NCBI GenBank assembly: GCA_032718475.1
Contig: JAUCBJ010002796.1
Location: 1-46,515, forward strand
DNA from: Nemertoderma westbladi
Lineage: Eukaryota > Animalia > Xenacoelomorpha
Direction of reading: 5' to 3'
DNA: 46,515 nt
Of the stretch, positions 24,923 to 36,618 are shown piece after piece (position 1 is the stretch's first letter; each line of letters starts with the position of its first letter). The notes beneath the pieces were generated by a model. That model saw only the letters and a program-made list of their open reading frames with translations. It made no database searches and had not been told where the DNA came from. Position numbers and translations under genes: made by a program.

Positions 24923-26263
24923 GGCGCAGTGGCGGTACGGCTAATGTCGCGTTACGGAAAGTCGCGTTACGGCTAATTTTCAGAGTAGCCGTAACGCGAC
25001 TTTGAAAGTCGCGGTACGGCGACTCAAAAATCGCGTTACGGCTAATTGTCGCGTTACGGCTCATCTATTGTCTTGGTTTTACACAGGGAATTATTATCAA
25101 TATTATTCTATGGTGTTTACGTACAGATGAGAAAGGTTCGAAAAATTTAATGTACTAATGGTGTAGTGGTTAGCATACCTGAACGTTTATCGGGAGACGC
25201 GGGTTCGATCCACGCTGGTGGCGAATTCATTTTTTCCGCTCCATTTGTTATAGAGTTGGATCATCCTTAGTCCTGTTTAATTACTTATAATTTAATGTAC
25301 TAATGTTTTACATTATGGGAGTATCCAGGGGGGGGGGGGGATTTTAACTAAAAAAAACGTAATTTATTAATTAATTATTGTATTATTATTGTATTGTAGT
25401 GTATTGAGTACCACATTACACAAGAAACAATACTGTAGGTATATTGGTCTAAGGTATATCAGTATCCTGTATTGCCGAAATATTGCACTTTGAATTTATC
25501 ATAATAATAATCAAATCAAAAGTATCTAAAACTAAAGCTCTTGAATTAGCCAGTCATCGCCCGCGTATGGCATTTTGTTCGGTGGTGGGGTGGCTTGGAA
25601 TGGTTCGGCCGCGAAGGGGTGGTTCGGGGGTGCGTTTGGAAGAAATGGTTCGGCCGCGAAGGGGTGGTTCAATACACCAACATGCCAGTCGGGATCACCA
25701 CCCCCTCCCATTGCAGCTGGACTTTCAACTGGGTGATCGGCGGCTGGAAAGATGGGCCATTGCCTGCTTGTCAGTCCCCAAACAGAACGCCATATGGTCT
25801 AGGTAGCGAGCCAGGCGTTGGTTAACAACATCGATATGAAGTAGTGGAATATGTTCCACAAAACCATTCATTGCTTCTTTGGCTGCTATTATTGGCTGTA
25901 ATCGGTATCTGTGCTTGAGGCTGTGACTAAGAATACCAAAATACAATATTATATTGAATGTGAGGTTGTCGAAGAACATACAGTATGAAAGATGGTAAAA
26001 TCCCCCCCCCCCCCCCCCGGAGACTCCCATGCTGTAAAACATTATTACATTACATTTTTCGGACCTCATCTGTATGTAAACACCATAGAATAATATTGAT
26101 AATGATTCCCTATGTAAAACCAAGACAATAGATTAGCCGTAACGCGACAATTAGCCGTAACGCGACTTTTAGAGTAGCCGTACCGCGACTTTCAAAGTCG
26201 CGTTACGGCTAATCTCTCAAAAAATTAGCCGTAACGCGACATTAGCCGTAACGCGACGACACC
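24923..26263. mobile_element. Non-autonomous DNA transposon with ~200-bp modular TIRs (Foldback/Mutator- or hAT-like)
   Basis: 24923-25131 is the imperfect reverse complement of 26065-26263. The TIRs are built from repeated gtcgcgttacggcta motifs. Flanking direct repeat ggtggaac at 24915-24922 and 26264-26271 (9 bp if the adjacent c is counted). No transposase ORF. Confidence 0.88.
25144..25305 (+). mobile_element. tRNA-like (Pol III A/B box) segment inside the transposon, bounded by 17-bp direct repeats
   Basis: A box tggtgtagtgg and B box ggttcgatcc, followed by a T run. aatttaatgtactaatg occurs at both 25144-25160 and 25289-25305. Confidence 0.55.
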
Positions 26264-26332
26264 GGTGGAACCATCGCCTTAGGAATTAACGACTGAAGAG
26301 GATTTTCATATCTACAACAGTTTTGTAAGAAC

Positions 26333-26632
26333 GGCGTGGCGTGGCGTGGCGTGGCGTGGCGTGGCGTGGCGTGGCGTGGCGTGGCGTGGCGTGGCGTGGC
26401 GTGGCGTGGCGTGGCGTGGCGTGGCGTGGCGTGGCGTGGCGTGGCGTGGCGTGGCGTGGCGTGGCGTGGCGTGGCGTGGCGTGGCGTGGCGTGGCGTGGC
26501 GTGGCGTGGCGTGGCGTGGCGTGGCGTGGCGTGGCGTGGCGTGGCGTGGCGTGGCGTGGCGTGGCGTGGCGTGGCGTGGCGTGGCGTGGCGTGGCGTGGC
26601 GTGGCGTGGCGTGGCGTGGCGTGGCGTGGCGT
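26333..26632. repeat. (GGCGT)60 perfect pentanucleotide microsatellite
   Basis: 300 bp of uninterrupted repeat. Confidence 0.99.
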
Positions 26633-27473
26633 ACAGTATATATTACATATATATTAAGAATGCTGTGCCGCCATTTCTGACAAAATTTCGCCGCCGCAAC
26701 TCTCTATCACCCATGACATTTGCTGGGTCATCCGCATCTCCAAGGCCGGTGTCCTCTAAGATGCGTCTCAAGAAAGAAATGTGATTGAAATATGATATCT
26801 CACTGAGTTGATTACAACCTGTAATTGGTCAGTTATATAATGGAGCCCTTTTGAATGAAGCATTGAAATTTCCCTTAGGAACTCTTCTGTCCTTGATCTC
26901 CCAAATTACGATGTAACATTTTTAATCTGTTTTTCTACAGCATTGCAATCAAGTTACTCCATAGCTATAGCGTAGTAGGCCTATACTTGTTACCTTTATT
27001 CCCTGCCTGTAGACTTACACTGTATTTACACTGCACAGCAGATTTAAACCTTGTAATTATCAAAAAGTCAATAGAGATATTGGTGAAAGTAAATGACTGA
27101 AAAAACAAATTTACAACAGGCGTGACAGTTCTGCATTTCTAATAACAATCTTCAACTACACCTATTGCTGTTCCGGTACAATAACCGCCTAGATTGTGGG
27201 CCTTTATTCCAAGATATTTATTACACATACAAATAGACAATAAGTAGAATATTGAAATCTTCAAACATTACTTGATCTCCCTATGATACAATTAATTAAT
27301 CATCTGAAGTGAGATACAAGCAGCCCTGATATTATATAATCTTCTCCTTATACGAGTTTCATCGCATTTAATAGGCCGCTCCGCGTTACTTTTACTTCTA
27401 CAATAACAGTTCATATATAACTAAGATCGATCGTATAGATGTAGAAAACAATGGTGTGTTTTGAATTACTCAC

Positions 27474-27871
27474 CTTTGCAATCCTAGGGTTCTTAAAATC
27501 TTCTCTCCCATAGAACATTGAACTAATACCTCATCCCCAACTCCTGTGGACGCCAACGCAAAGAAGAAGACCAGATGGCAGAACACCGCAAACCCCCCAC
27601 ATCCAATGATTCCAACGAAAAACTTGCCTGTCCGTCCGTTGATTGATTCCTTATTTGGGTATTCCATATAAGGTAACACCAATAGACACATAAGGTAGGA
27701 TAAACTGAATATGTTGTACCTGAAGAGAAGGCAGATCAACAGCAAAGCCGGCAGGAGAACCCAGAAGGTAAACTTTGACCAGAAAACGTGATCAAACGTT
27801 TCTCTTACAACGAGTTTAAAACGGTCTTTCCCAGTTTCCTGTTTCTTTTTCCGCTTGCGATGGTGCGCCAT
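27474..27871 (-). CDS. PIEZO: Piezo-type mechanosensitive channel, first coding exon
   Basis: ATG at 27871, donor AG|gtgagt at 27473. FWVLLPALLLICLLFRYNIFSLSYLMCLLVLP..GRTGKF..C..EKILRTLGLQR matches the Piezo N-terminus (YWLLLPCALLAACLLRFSGLSLVYLLFLLLLP..GHTGRL). Confidence 0.92.
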
Positions 27872-27992
27872 TGTGAAAAATATACAGTTTATCAAATAAA
27901 GTTATTCACATATTGAAATATCTCTAAATCAAATTTTAATGAAATTTGAGAACCAATTTATAACTTAAGAATAGTCGATAAGTGGCAGTTCG

Positions 27993-28196
27993 TGGTGTTC
28001 GTGTTAGTTTACACAAAAAGTATGGTGTTCGTGTTAGTTTACACAAAAAGTATGGTGTTCGTGTTAGTTTACACAAAAAGTATGGTGTTCGTGTTAGTTT
28101 ACACAAAAAATATGGTGTTCGTGTTAGTTTACACAAAAAATATGGTGTTCGTGTTAGTTTACACAAAAAGTATGGTGTTCATGTTAGTTTACACAA
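27993..28196. repeat. 30-bp minisatellite, ~6.8 copies
   Basis: Unit tggtgttcgtgttagtttacacaaaaagta. Confidence 0.97.
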
Positions 28197-28282
28197 CTAA
28201 TGAATTCATCCGGACTAATTAAAGATTTAGATTACAGTAATTATTTATTAGTTAGAATAGTCGACATTTACTGGTTTTTTTG

Positions 28283-28680
28283 TCTTAGCCTTTTAGCCGC
28301 TATGATTATATTATAGATGGAATCTCAGTCTGACTGGTAATATAATGGGTGATCTGATCTTGGGTTCAACGTTGACATGACGTTCGTGGGGCGTCGCGCA
28401 TCAAGCGAACTTGAGCAAGTTCGAAACAAGTTAAATTTGATCTTGAGTCAAAAGTTCGAGAGGTATTTGCCCGTAACTTTCAAAATTATTGGAACTTTTT
28501 CTCTTGTATACCCATACAAAGTTTGGTTGAAAATGGTTAAAATCTTCAAAAGTTATTTACGAATGAATTTTTCACTACAGACAGACAAAACGGACATGGA
28601 ATTTTGCCATATTTACTAATTATAATTGTGCGCTAAGGCTCACCTTTACTGCGTGGCTCGCCACACAAAGCATTGGCCAA
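28283..28680 (-). mobile_element. Possible Helentron-associated (HINE/DINE-1-like) non-autonomous element remnant
   Basis: Contains caaagtttggttgaaaat...aaaagttat and a short acagacagac tract, with short inverted ttagcc/gctaaggct motifs near the ends. Boundaries uncertain. Confidence 0.3.
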
Positions 28681-31324
28681 AATGTCTACTCTTCTACTCA
28701 CCACTTACTATATTAATTAACATACTTAATTAAGACAACAATTGTATTAAAGAAATGAGACAATGCGAAAAAAAATAATTAATAAAACTGTTAATTATTA
28801 CAATGGATTACTTTTATTTAAATGTAATCAAAATAGGTTAGCGAAATCTAAGATTGAAAGACTTTATCACAACTAGAGTACATTCATTCGATTAACGTAA
28901 AACATTTTCCAAAAATACATCATCGGCAATCCTGTTTTACAAATCACCTGCTTAAAAATGTCAAAAACATATTTGAATAATTTGAAAATGGGATTCCTAA
29001 AATATTGTGGAAACAAGCAGCCAATCAAAGATGCTGCACAGAGCCAAGATCCAATCATAAACCAATATTTAGGAATTCCTTCTTGTGTTGTTTCATTCGT
29101 TATTGAACGAATAAAAAAATGTACAAGTGGGGAGGTGTCATTGAGAGCCATTAGTAGTCTGTGGCTAGCATACAGTTTAGTACGGGGCAAATTGTCCGTC
29201 CGTCTGTCTGAGCGTACGACTCTCGGTCTGTCTGTTATTTATTTATATTGTTATTTACTTACACAGAATCGACAATCATGGAATTATTTATTATTTGTAC
29301 GCCGCGAATAAAGTAAAGCTAATAGCCGTTGCATTTTATAACCTTCGCTTTGGCAAACATCTTTTCTTGGTTTTTGAAAAAAGTTGAAAAATCTACAATG
29401 CAAATGCCGCAACGTTTTCAGAGAGATAGGCAAACTCAGAAACCTTAACCAGTGAATTCGAAATTAAAACAATGACGGAGCCTTCATAACCGCAGTTAAC
29501 CTATTTCCTATTCAATTCATATTGGGGAGCACAGATACGAAAAAAATAATTATGTAGAGTGCCGTCTGTCTGAGAAATTGAATTTCCCGTTTGAAGTTCT
29601 ATTAAGGAACATTCACATAGTCTATCGTGTGATTATATAATGAAACCAGCCCGAATAAAAGAATAATTACTCTCTTAGCGTATTATCTCAAGGCATACAA
29701 ATTCCCGAGCTTAATAAGCTGCATCCCTTTTCCTTGTTTCAGGATTATGGCCATACGAAGATTTAAATATCAGAGGAGATCATCAGCATCTCGGCATCCA
29801 TTGGTCGATTATAATTAGATTAAATAACATCTGGCTGATAACAATATTAGTGTATTGTAATTAAATTAATGTGAACAGGTGGGATTTAAATTTTCAAACA
29901 ATTAGGTGTCAGGTCACATGGGGGGGGGGGGGGGGGGGGTGGGTGCGTCCATAAATGACATAGAAGATGAGATAGTTCCACGCCCAGTTCCAATAATGGT
30001 TGAGAACCGAACGGCAGTAACACACATTGACTGTCATTTTTACATGTGTCATTGGGCCGGGAGAATCAGAACTGAATTTGAATTTAACTCATCTTATAGT
30101 TTTATTGTAGTAGAGTAGTCCTTTGATAACGACGTATAATGCTTTTATTAATACATATTTTATCTCACTTCATATGATATCCAGTCTGACCCTATTACAT
30201 CTTTCACCTAATCTCTTAATTAGAATGGCCCTTTTAATGAAACATTTTTTTATCTATTATATTTTCAAGACCAATTTTATTTAATAATTTTAATTCGGTG
30301 TATTTTAATGTACTTGAATTATTATTGACTCGCATTTTAAAAGTTTTTTAATGGGGGGAAAACCCCATCATCAGAATACTAGTTAATTTGTTAGCAAATA
30401 TTATCTCTGTTTTACATTATGGTGTGAATTTCTATTATTATTAATAATAATAATAATTAATTAATTATTATAATCGTAGTTAATGATTTGTATTACAGCC
30501 TTTATAAAGCAGAGTATCTGCCCTCACTTCATTAGTGTAAACAGCTTAACGAAAATTGAAATTATTAAACTTACGGTTAGTAGAACGGCAGCCTCGCCAA
30601 GCTGCACAGGGCTAATTGGTGCAAAGTTTATACCTGACATCACACTAAAAAATGTACTCCCTCTCCCCTCCCTCCCTCTTACAATAATTATATTTGACAT
30701 TTCTGACACGGCACATAAACTAATCTGCTGTTGCTAACTTTCAATGTTATTAAAGCAAAGCGTACAAATCTGCTTTACTTACTGACAGTATGAAAGCAGT
30801 TTAATCACCAGGAGACTCACATTACTTTGATAAGGAAACTTGAAAATTCATTGCAGATAAATAATAATTAAATGTAATTTAATTCGGAATTTAACATTTA
30901 AAATAATAAATCCATTTTAATGAAAATAATATCAAGAAAGAGTACAGTACTACAACAAATAATATTGTAAATTATATTTTGTACTTATAAACCTCAAACA
31001 TACAAAATAAAAACGAAAAAATATAAATGATATTATTGCAGCACAAAGAGTATTAATAATGAATATTAGGAAGGCTAGCTACCTTTACTCAGCAGGAATG
31101 GGAATGGGAATGGGGGGGGGGGTTTAATACAGCCCAATAAATAAATATACCACATCGATAACCTGATAAACGCATACAAAAATTGTATAATAAATTATAT
31201 GGTAACAAAAAATAAATATTAGTTCTTGGCTAGAATAAATTATTAAAGATTATCATTGTCCCAGTCTATGATATGATAGTAATTTACTCCAATAATAACT
31301 TTCCAAACAACTAGATTACATTAA

Positions 31325-31665
31325 CAGGGTTGCCACTCTAGTTCAGTTTTAATTTTCCCTGACTTTTCCCCGACTCTTTGAAAAAAATTCCCTGCTACAG
31401 GTACACAATCGTTTTTATAGAATATAGTATAATAGTATATTGGCCGCTTGATTATATTCAAAACAAAGTTAAGCGATTAGAGTGCAGTGCACCTATATAT
31501 TTAGTGATGTGAGAAAATGTAATGGCGAGCGATGCGAGCAGAGAAAATTTTACACTTTTTCGCATTTATGACACATTTTTCAGTATATATCACATTCCCT
31601 GACATTTTTTTACATAAAGAAAAAAAATGACATTCCCTGACTATTCCAGGTGAGTGGCAACCCTG
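31325..31665. mobile_element. MITE with 14-bp TIR cagggttgccactc (hAT-like termini)
   Basis: cagggttgccactc...gagtggcaaccctg, with internal repeated ttccctgac motifs. No clear TSD. Confidence 0.65.
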
Positions 31666-32967
31666 ATAAGACCAAACCGCACATAATAATAATATTACAG
31701 TGGAACTCACTATAATTGCACTAATGTAATACTATTACTATAATTGGATATTACAAATTGATATTTTCTCCGTGAGGCTACCAAACCACAAGATTTTGCA
31801 CAGAATGGTCCTCACGGCAAAAGCGATGTCCTGTGAAGCGGGGGCGGATTAGTTCAAGGGTCAAGTTTGGGTGACCAATGAGACACCTCTAAATGCATTA
31901 TAGTGCCTGTTTGGAGATGTGTGCATTGACTTGACACAGTGAACCCGAAGATTGTGTATAAACTGAACCATAGTCACATTGGATGACCCAGTGTGCCTTA
32001 AAACCAAATAAATTAATAATTATTGTTAAATTTGACCTTGGTAATTTCTAACTGGACCGAAGACGCTTCGGAATACTATTAATGCTTTATTTCCCGCTGA
32101 GATATTTTATAATTAAATTGGATTAAATTTAATTTTATAATAAATTAAACAGGACCTAAAATCCAGAGTTGTGTAACTAGGTAAACCGATTTGGGGTAAC
32201 GCATAACTCCTACCATTACATGCTATAGGTTAAGAGCATGGGGCTTCAGTGGACCGTAATTTGGAGAGGAGGAAAGGCCATTTAAGAAAACAATTTTTAA
32301 TAAAATTATTAAGAATGAAGTTATGTAAAACATGAGAAAAAAAATAGTTCAATATTTCCTCTAATGTATAATTAAACTCGCTCGCACGGCAGTCATCTCG
32401 GGGTCAGAAAAAACGACATCTGATTCCCATTCAACTATTTTCATTTCCATCTCCGATCCAGCTTATAGAACTCGCTCGAACGGTATAAATAAGGGAGGCA
32501 GATCTCGAGACAAAAGGTTAAAAAAGAATATCCGCTATATTTACCTATTTAGTTTTGGTAAATAAAGTCTATAGGTTTTATTTACCAATATCGAACATGT
32601 GAAAAGATTTTGTTGAAATTTGATGAAGAAAATTGTTGTTATTAAATTGTTTATAGTGCATATTTTTATCGTCCTGTACAATTTGTTTATTGTTTTGGTT
32701 AGATTCAGATCACATGGGAGTAAACTGCAAAGTGCAATATAACAGCAGAAAGCCTGACAAACTTCCCATCTCCAAAATATTCATAAATAAAACATAAATG
32801 TAATAACTTTACATTTACTTTACAAATATAGATAATAAAACCAAATATTAAATAAATAAATAAATACAAATAGCTCCTGAAAAATACCATGTAATACCGC
32901 GCTGGAATGGAGAGGAAAATAAAAGTTAGTTCATATTAATTGTAGAATTCTTAATGTTACCACTTCC

Positions 32968-33139
32968 TCAGACTGGCTCTGGGAAGTGTAATTCATATTT
33001 ACTATAGAACTCTTGTATAAATCGTGTTAGCACTTCAATTGCTGTAGAATATTCTTCCATCTCCTTGACAACCAGACCTTCGATTCCAGACTCATCAATA
33101 AGTTCACTTCGGTTCAGACAGAGGGCGTCAATTAGTTCA
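32968..33139 (-). CDS. PLEKHA8: PLEKHA8/FAPP2-like, last coding exon (C-terminal GLTP helix)
   Basis: Acceptor ttcgtag|T is phase-compatible with exon 2 (AG|T = Ser). ELIDALC...EMEEYSTAIEVLTRFIQEFYSKYEL..V* resembles the GLTP-domain C-terminus (EDFVAAL...DLSLYLPAMEKQLAILDTLYEVHGL). Confidence 0.8.
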
Positions 33140-34058
33140 CTACGAACATAAATTAATACAAACATTAATAAACAATTATTAACTACACACCTAATATCAT
33201 TTATTTGAGTTGGTGTGGAAAAACTTGCTGAAAAGCTACTTAACCAAGTGTATCTTGACCCGAAACGTAACACCTCTATAGAAATTAGTATTTAATTTTT
33301 TGTAGCTGGGGAATATCTTATATCTCAATCACAAAAAATCGTTTTCTAACCAAAACAATAAGCAGAACTCTATTTCCTGTGCGACCAATTTGTGCTGGCG
33401 ATCACATTTTCCCATTGCGGTTAATGTGCGCCACTATCCGATTTGATTAATTAATGAGTATCTGTTTTATTTAAAGTCTTAATATCAGATGGTGTTCTAC
33501 CATTACCAAACATTAATTTATCGCGTGAAATTGAAACAGAGAAAATTGAACACCGTTATTTTTGTGTGGGTGAGTCCAAAGTTTTCGAGTCAATGGCGAA
33601 AAATGACTGCAAACACCAACTATGTATTTAGTGGGTTTGAAAAATTAATGAAATATAGTTAAAAAAAATGAAGGAAAAGGAACAGTGGCGCTGTTTTCTA
33701 ACCAAACCAATAAAGTTTATTTCAATTGCGTTAAAGTTGCACTGACGATGACTATATTTTCACTTGCAGTCAATGTGCGTCGTTATCTGAAGTTTTCATA
33801 CGTGTAGGTAATTGAAAAACGACCCCAATAATATAATGAAAAGGAAGTTAGTCTTCGTTATCTATGTATTGTAATGTGTTAGTGACTGTAATTAATCACT
33901 TAAGCCAAGATTAACTCTTAAAATAAGCAAGTGAATATTCGGCAGCTGTTATACTAACTTTATTTTACTTTACTGACACTTTAAAAGGCAGAGGAAATTA
34001 TTATTATCTATATGTGAATGACGTCACAACCTATTTATAATTTCAAAAACAAACATTA

Positions 34059-34064
34059 TTTATT
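34059..34064 (-). terminator. Candidate AATAAA poly(A) signal for ETFDH
   Basis: tttatt on the + strand ~90 nt beyond the stop codon, with a second at 33959-33964. The context is AT-rich, so this is weak. Confidence 0.35.
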
Positions 34065-34151
34065 ATGATATATTTGTATTATTATATGAATGAATTATTA
34101 TGATTATTACATAACATAAGGAATTATGTAGGAAAACGAATTAAATAATAA

Positions 34152-35948
34152 CTACATCCCAGAGTAAGCGGGCCCCCCACCACTCTCCGGTGTCACCCAG
34201 TTAATATTCTGAGACGAATCTTTTATATCGCAAGTTTTACAATGAATACAGTTCTGCGCGTTAATCTGCAGCCGTTTCCCGCTGCTGTCGGCGTCATCGA
34301 CGAACTCGTAAACACCAGCGGGACAGAACCGCCCCTCCGGGCCGTCGTAAACCCCAAGGTTAAGATCAACTGGGACGGAATCATCGGCCAGGGTCAGATG
34401 AGCGGGTTGGTCTGCCTCGTGGTCGGTCCCTGTGAGCGCGACGGAGGAGAGGAGATCGAAGGAGACCTTACCATCGGGGGCCGGGTACTCTATAGGCCGA
34501 GCCTCCGCCGCCGGTAGCAGTTGTTCGTGGTCCGGCCCCGGGTGCGACAGAGTCCACGGCTCTTTCCCCCGAATAACCGAACTAAACGCCCCGTACATAA
34601 CGCCCCCGTACAGACCTAACCTAGTGTGGAACGCGGGACGGATGTTCCTAACCGCGTATAAATCCTTCCAGACCCGACTGTTCCGTATGGAATCCTCATA
34701 ATCGTTGGCGTACAGACCTTTAGCGTCTGGGTCTTTCACCAACTTCCTGAAGGCCGCCTCCGCAGCTAACGCCCCACTCGCAATAGCGTTGTGAGTTCCC
34801 TTTAGTTTGGCTACGTTCAGAAACCCGGCGCTGCATCCAGCTAGCATGCCCCCCGGGAACGCTAACCGTGGTAGCGACTGCAGTCCGCCCTCGTTAAGGG
34901 CGCGCGCCCCGTACTGCAACCTCTCCCCGCCCTCCAACACGCCCCGCACACTCGGGTGCGTCTTATACCGCTGGAACTCCTTAAACGGACTCGTGAACGG
35001 ATTCCTGTAGTCCAAACCGACCACGAACCCGATGGCAACAAGCGGCTCCCCCTCGTCCAGATGGTAACAGAACGAGCCGCCGTACGTAAGCCGATCCAAC
35101 GGCCAACCCACAGTGTGCAACACCAACCCGGGCTCGTGGTTCTCCGGTTTAACCCGCCACAACTCTTTCAACCCGATCCCGTACGTCTGCGGCTGTTTCG
35201 ATTCGCGCAAATTTAACTTATTTATAACCGATTTGGCGAGATGTCCGTGGCAACCCTCGCAGAAGAGAGCGATCCTCGAACGCAACTCCATCCCGCGCTC
35301 GAAGTTCTCTTTCGGGGAGCCGTCCTTGTGGATTCCTACGTCGCTGGTGGCCACCCCGGCTACGCTCCCGTCCGTCTCGTATAGAACCTCAGAGGCCGGG
35401 AACCCCGGGTATATTTCCACCCCCAGCGACTCCGCTTGCTCCCCCAGCCACGCGACGACGTTCCCGAGACGCACGATGTAGTTGCCATGGTTATACAGCG
35501 GTAAACCACGGAATATAGGAAGCGGGAACGCGCGTCGTTCTGTAAGAAATCGGAATTTATCGCGTTTTACCGGCGTTAATATCGGAGCTCCTTTCTCCTT
35601 CCAATCCGGAATTAATTCGCTAAGAGAGTGGGTTTCTATACAGGCACCGGAGAGCGTGTGACCTCCAATGTCGGACGCCTTCTCCACCAAGCAAACGCGG
35701 AAATCCTTTCCGGATTCCTGGCAGAGTTGGCGGAGTCGGATAGCTGCAGCGAGGCCACACGGTCCGCCCCCAACGATAACCACGTCTGTGTCGTCCACAA
35801 ACCTCTCCATTGGGACATCCTTCCATCGCGGGTCGGTTTCCCTGGGCACTACGGAATAGTGCGTCGTTATCTTATTGGTGCTGTTGCTGTACAGTCTCTG
35901 GGTGGTTTGTCTCCGTGAAACAACTGCTAGGCTTGGCTTTACGAACAT
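34152..35948 (-). CDS. ETFDH: Mitochondrial electron transfer flavoprotein-ubiquinone oxidoreductase (ETF-QO), single-exon CDS, 598 aa
   Basis: Basic, Ser/Thr-rich presequence-like N-terminus; FAD motif [18 protein letters not shown]; GGHTLSGAC; [10 protein letters not shown]; 4Fe-4S motifs RFCPAGVYE and [11 protein letters not shown]; C-terminal GGGPAYSGM. Confidence 0.98.
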   Translation of the reverse strand: MFVKPSLAVVSRRQTTQRLYSNSTNKITTHYSVVPRETDPRWKDVPMERFVDDTDVVIVGGGPCGLAAAIRLRQLCQESGKDFRVCLVEKASDIGGHTLSGACIETHSLSELIPDWKEKGAPILTPVKRDKFRFLTERRAFPLPIFRGLPLYNHGNYIVRLGNVVAWLGEQAESLGVEIYPGFPASEVLYETDGSVAGVATSDVGIHKDGSPKENFERGMELRSRIALFCEGCHGHLAKSVINKLNLRESKQPQTYGIGLKELWRVKPENHEPGLVLHTVGWPLDRLTYGGSFCYHLDEGEPLVAIGFVVGLDYRNPFTSPFKEFQRYKTHPSVRGVLEGGERLQYGARALNEGGLQSLPRLAFPGGMLAGCSAGFLNVAKLKGTHNAIASGALAAEAAFRKLVKDPDAKGLYANDYEDSIRNSRVWKDLYAVRNIRPAFHTRLGLYGGVMYGAFSSVIRGKEPWTLSHPGPDHEQLLPAAEARPIEYPAPDGKVSFDLLSSVALTGTDHEADQPAHLTLADDSVPVDLNLGVYDGPEGRFCPAGVYEFVDDADSSGKRLQINAQNCIHCKTCDIKDSSQNINWVTPESGGGPAYSGM

Positions 35949-36418
35949 TTTGATGTGACAGTAGACAGGTAGAACAGTACTGCTGTACTGCAGTAACAGC
36001 AGAGCAGTACTGCAGTAGGCAGTAGCGGTACTTCAATACAGCACTTACTATACTAGCCTACTTCATTTTACTTCACCTTTCAAATTCAACTACAGAATCA
36101 ACAGTCTGCAGCGGGTTGCGGCGCTGCATTCTGGACAGCTGGTGGTACCTATGCCACGCCACGTTTCTAGGTAAAAAAAAAGTAAAAGTAATAGGTAGCT
36201 TATCCCCATTAGTCCCGGGTGAGCCACAATTAACTATACTTGTAGAGATGGTGTAAGGATTTTTATTTCAATGGCAGGTTTAGAACAGGTTTAGGCAGGT
36301 TTCAAATACTGTAGCTGTAGGGAATTGGCGAAGTATTTGAAATTCTTAGTTTGCAAATATTTACTGTCAAGAGCGGAAAAAAGTGTCTTAAATGCTTCAA
36401 GGAATGTGTGTGATACAT

Positions 36419-36612
36419 GGGGGGGGGGGGGGGGGGACTGGACGCAAAACCCGCCTTGGCGAATTAAAATCCCGCCTCAATGTTAAATTCTCAATTTAGG
36501 GAAAGGAGCAGGTTACAGTGACACGTTATTTTAACCAAAACAATAAACTAAACACAATAGAACAGGTTACAGTTTTATTTTTGAGAGTTATCAGGTGTTA
36601 TTTGCGTCGAAT
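36419..36612. mobile_element. 3'-truncated copy of the G-tract MITE (same family as 44647-44899)
   Basis: g-run, gacgcaaaacccgccttggcgaatta...gttatttgcgtcgaat is near-identical to 44649-44833. It breaks off where the 42-bp array starts. Confidence 0.85.
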
Positions 36613-36618
36613 CGGGAT

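Noticed and set aside
26336-26784. AWRGV-repeat ORFs
   Set aside because: Translation of (GGCGT)n.
27936-28222. ORFs with CKLTRTPYFL / VRVSLHKKYG repeats
   Set aside because: Translation of the 30-bp minisatellite.
34242-35918. Antisense and alternate-frame ORFs over ETFDH (and 41456-41839 over PLEKHA8)
   Set aside because: Shadow ORFs of GC-rich coding sequence.
34152-35948. Bacterial horizontal transfer or contamination as the origin of intronless, GC-rich ETFDH
   Set aside because: It has a mitochondrial presequence-like N-terminus and the animal-type ITTHY..PR segment and GGGPAY.GM ending, and the neighbouring spliced exons are similarly GC-rich.
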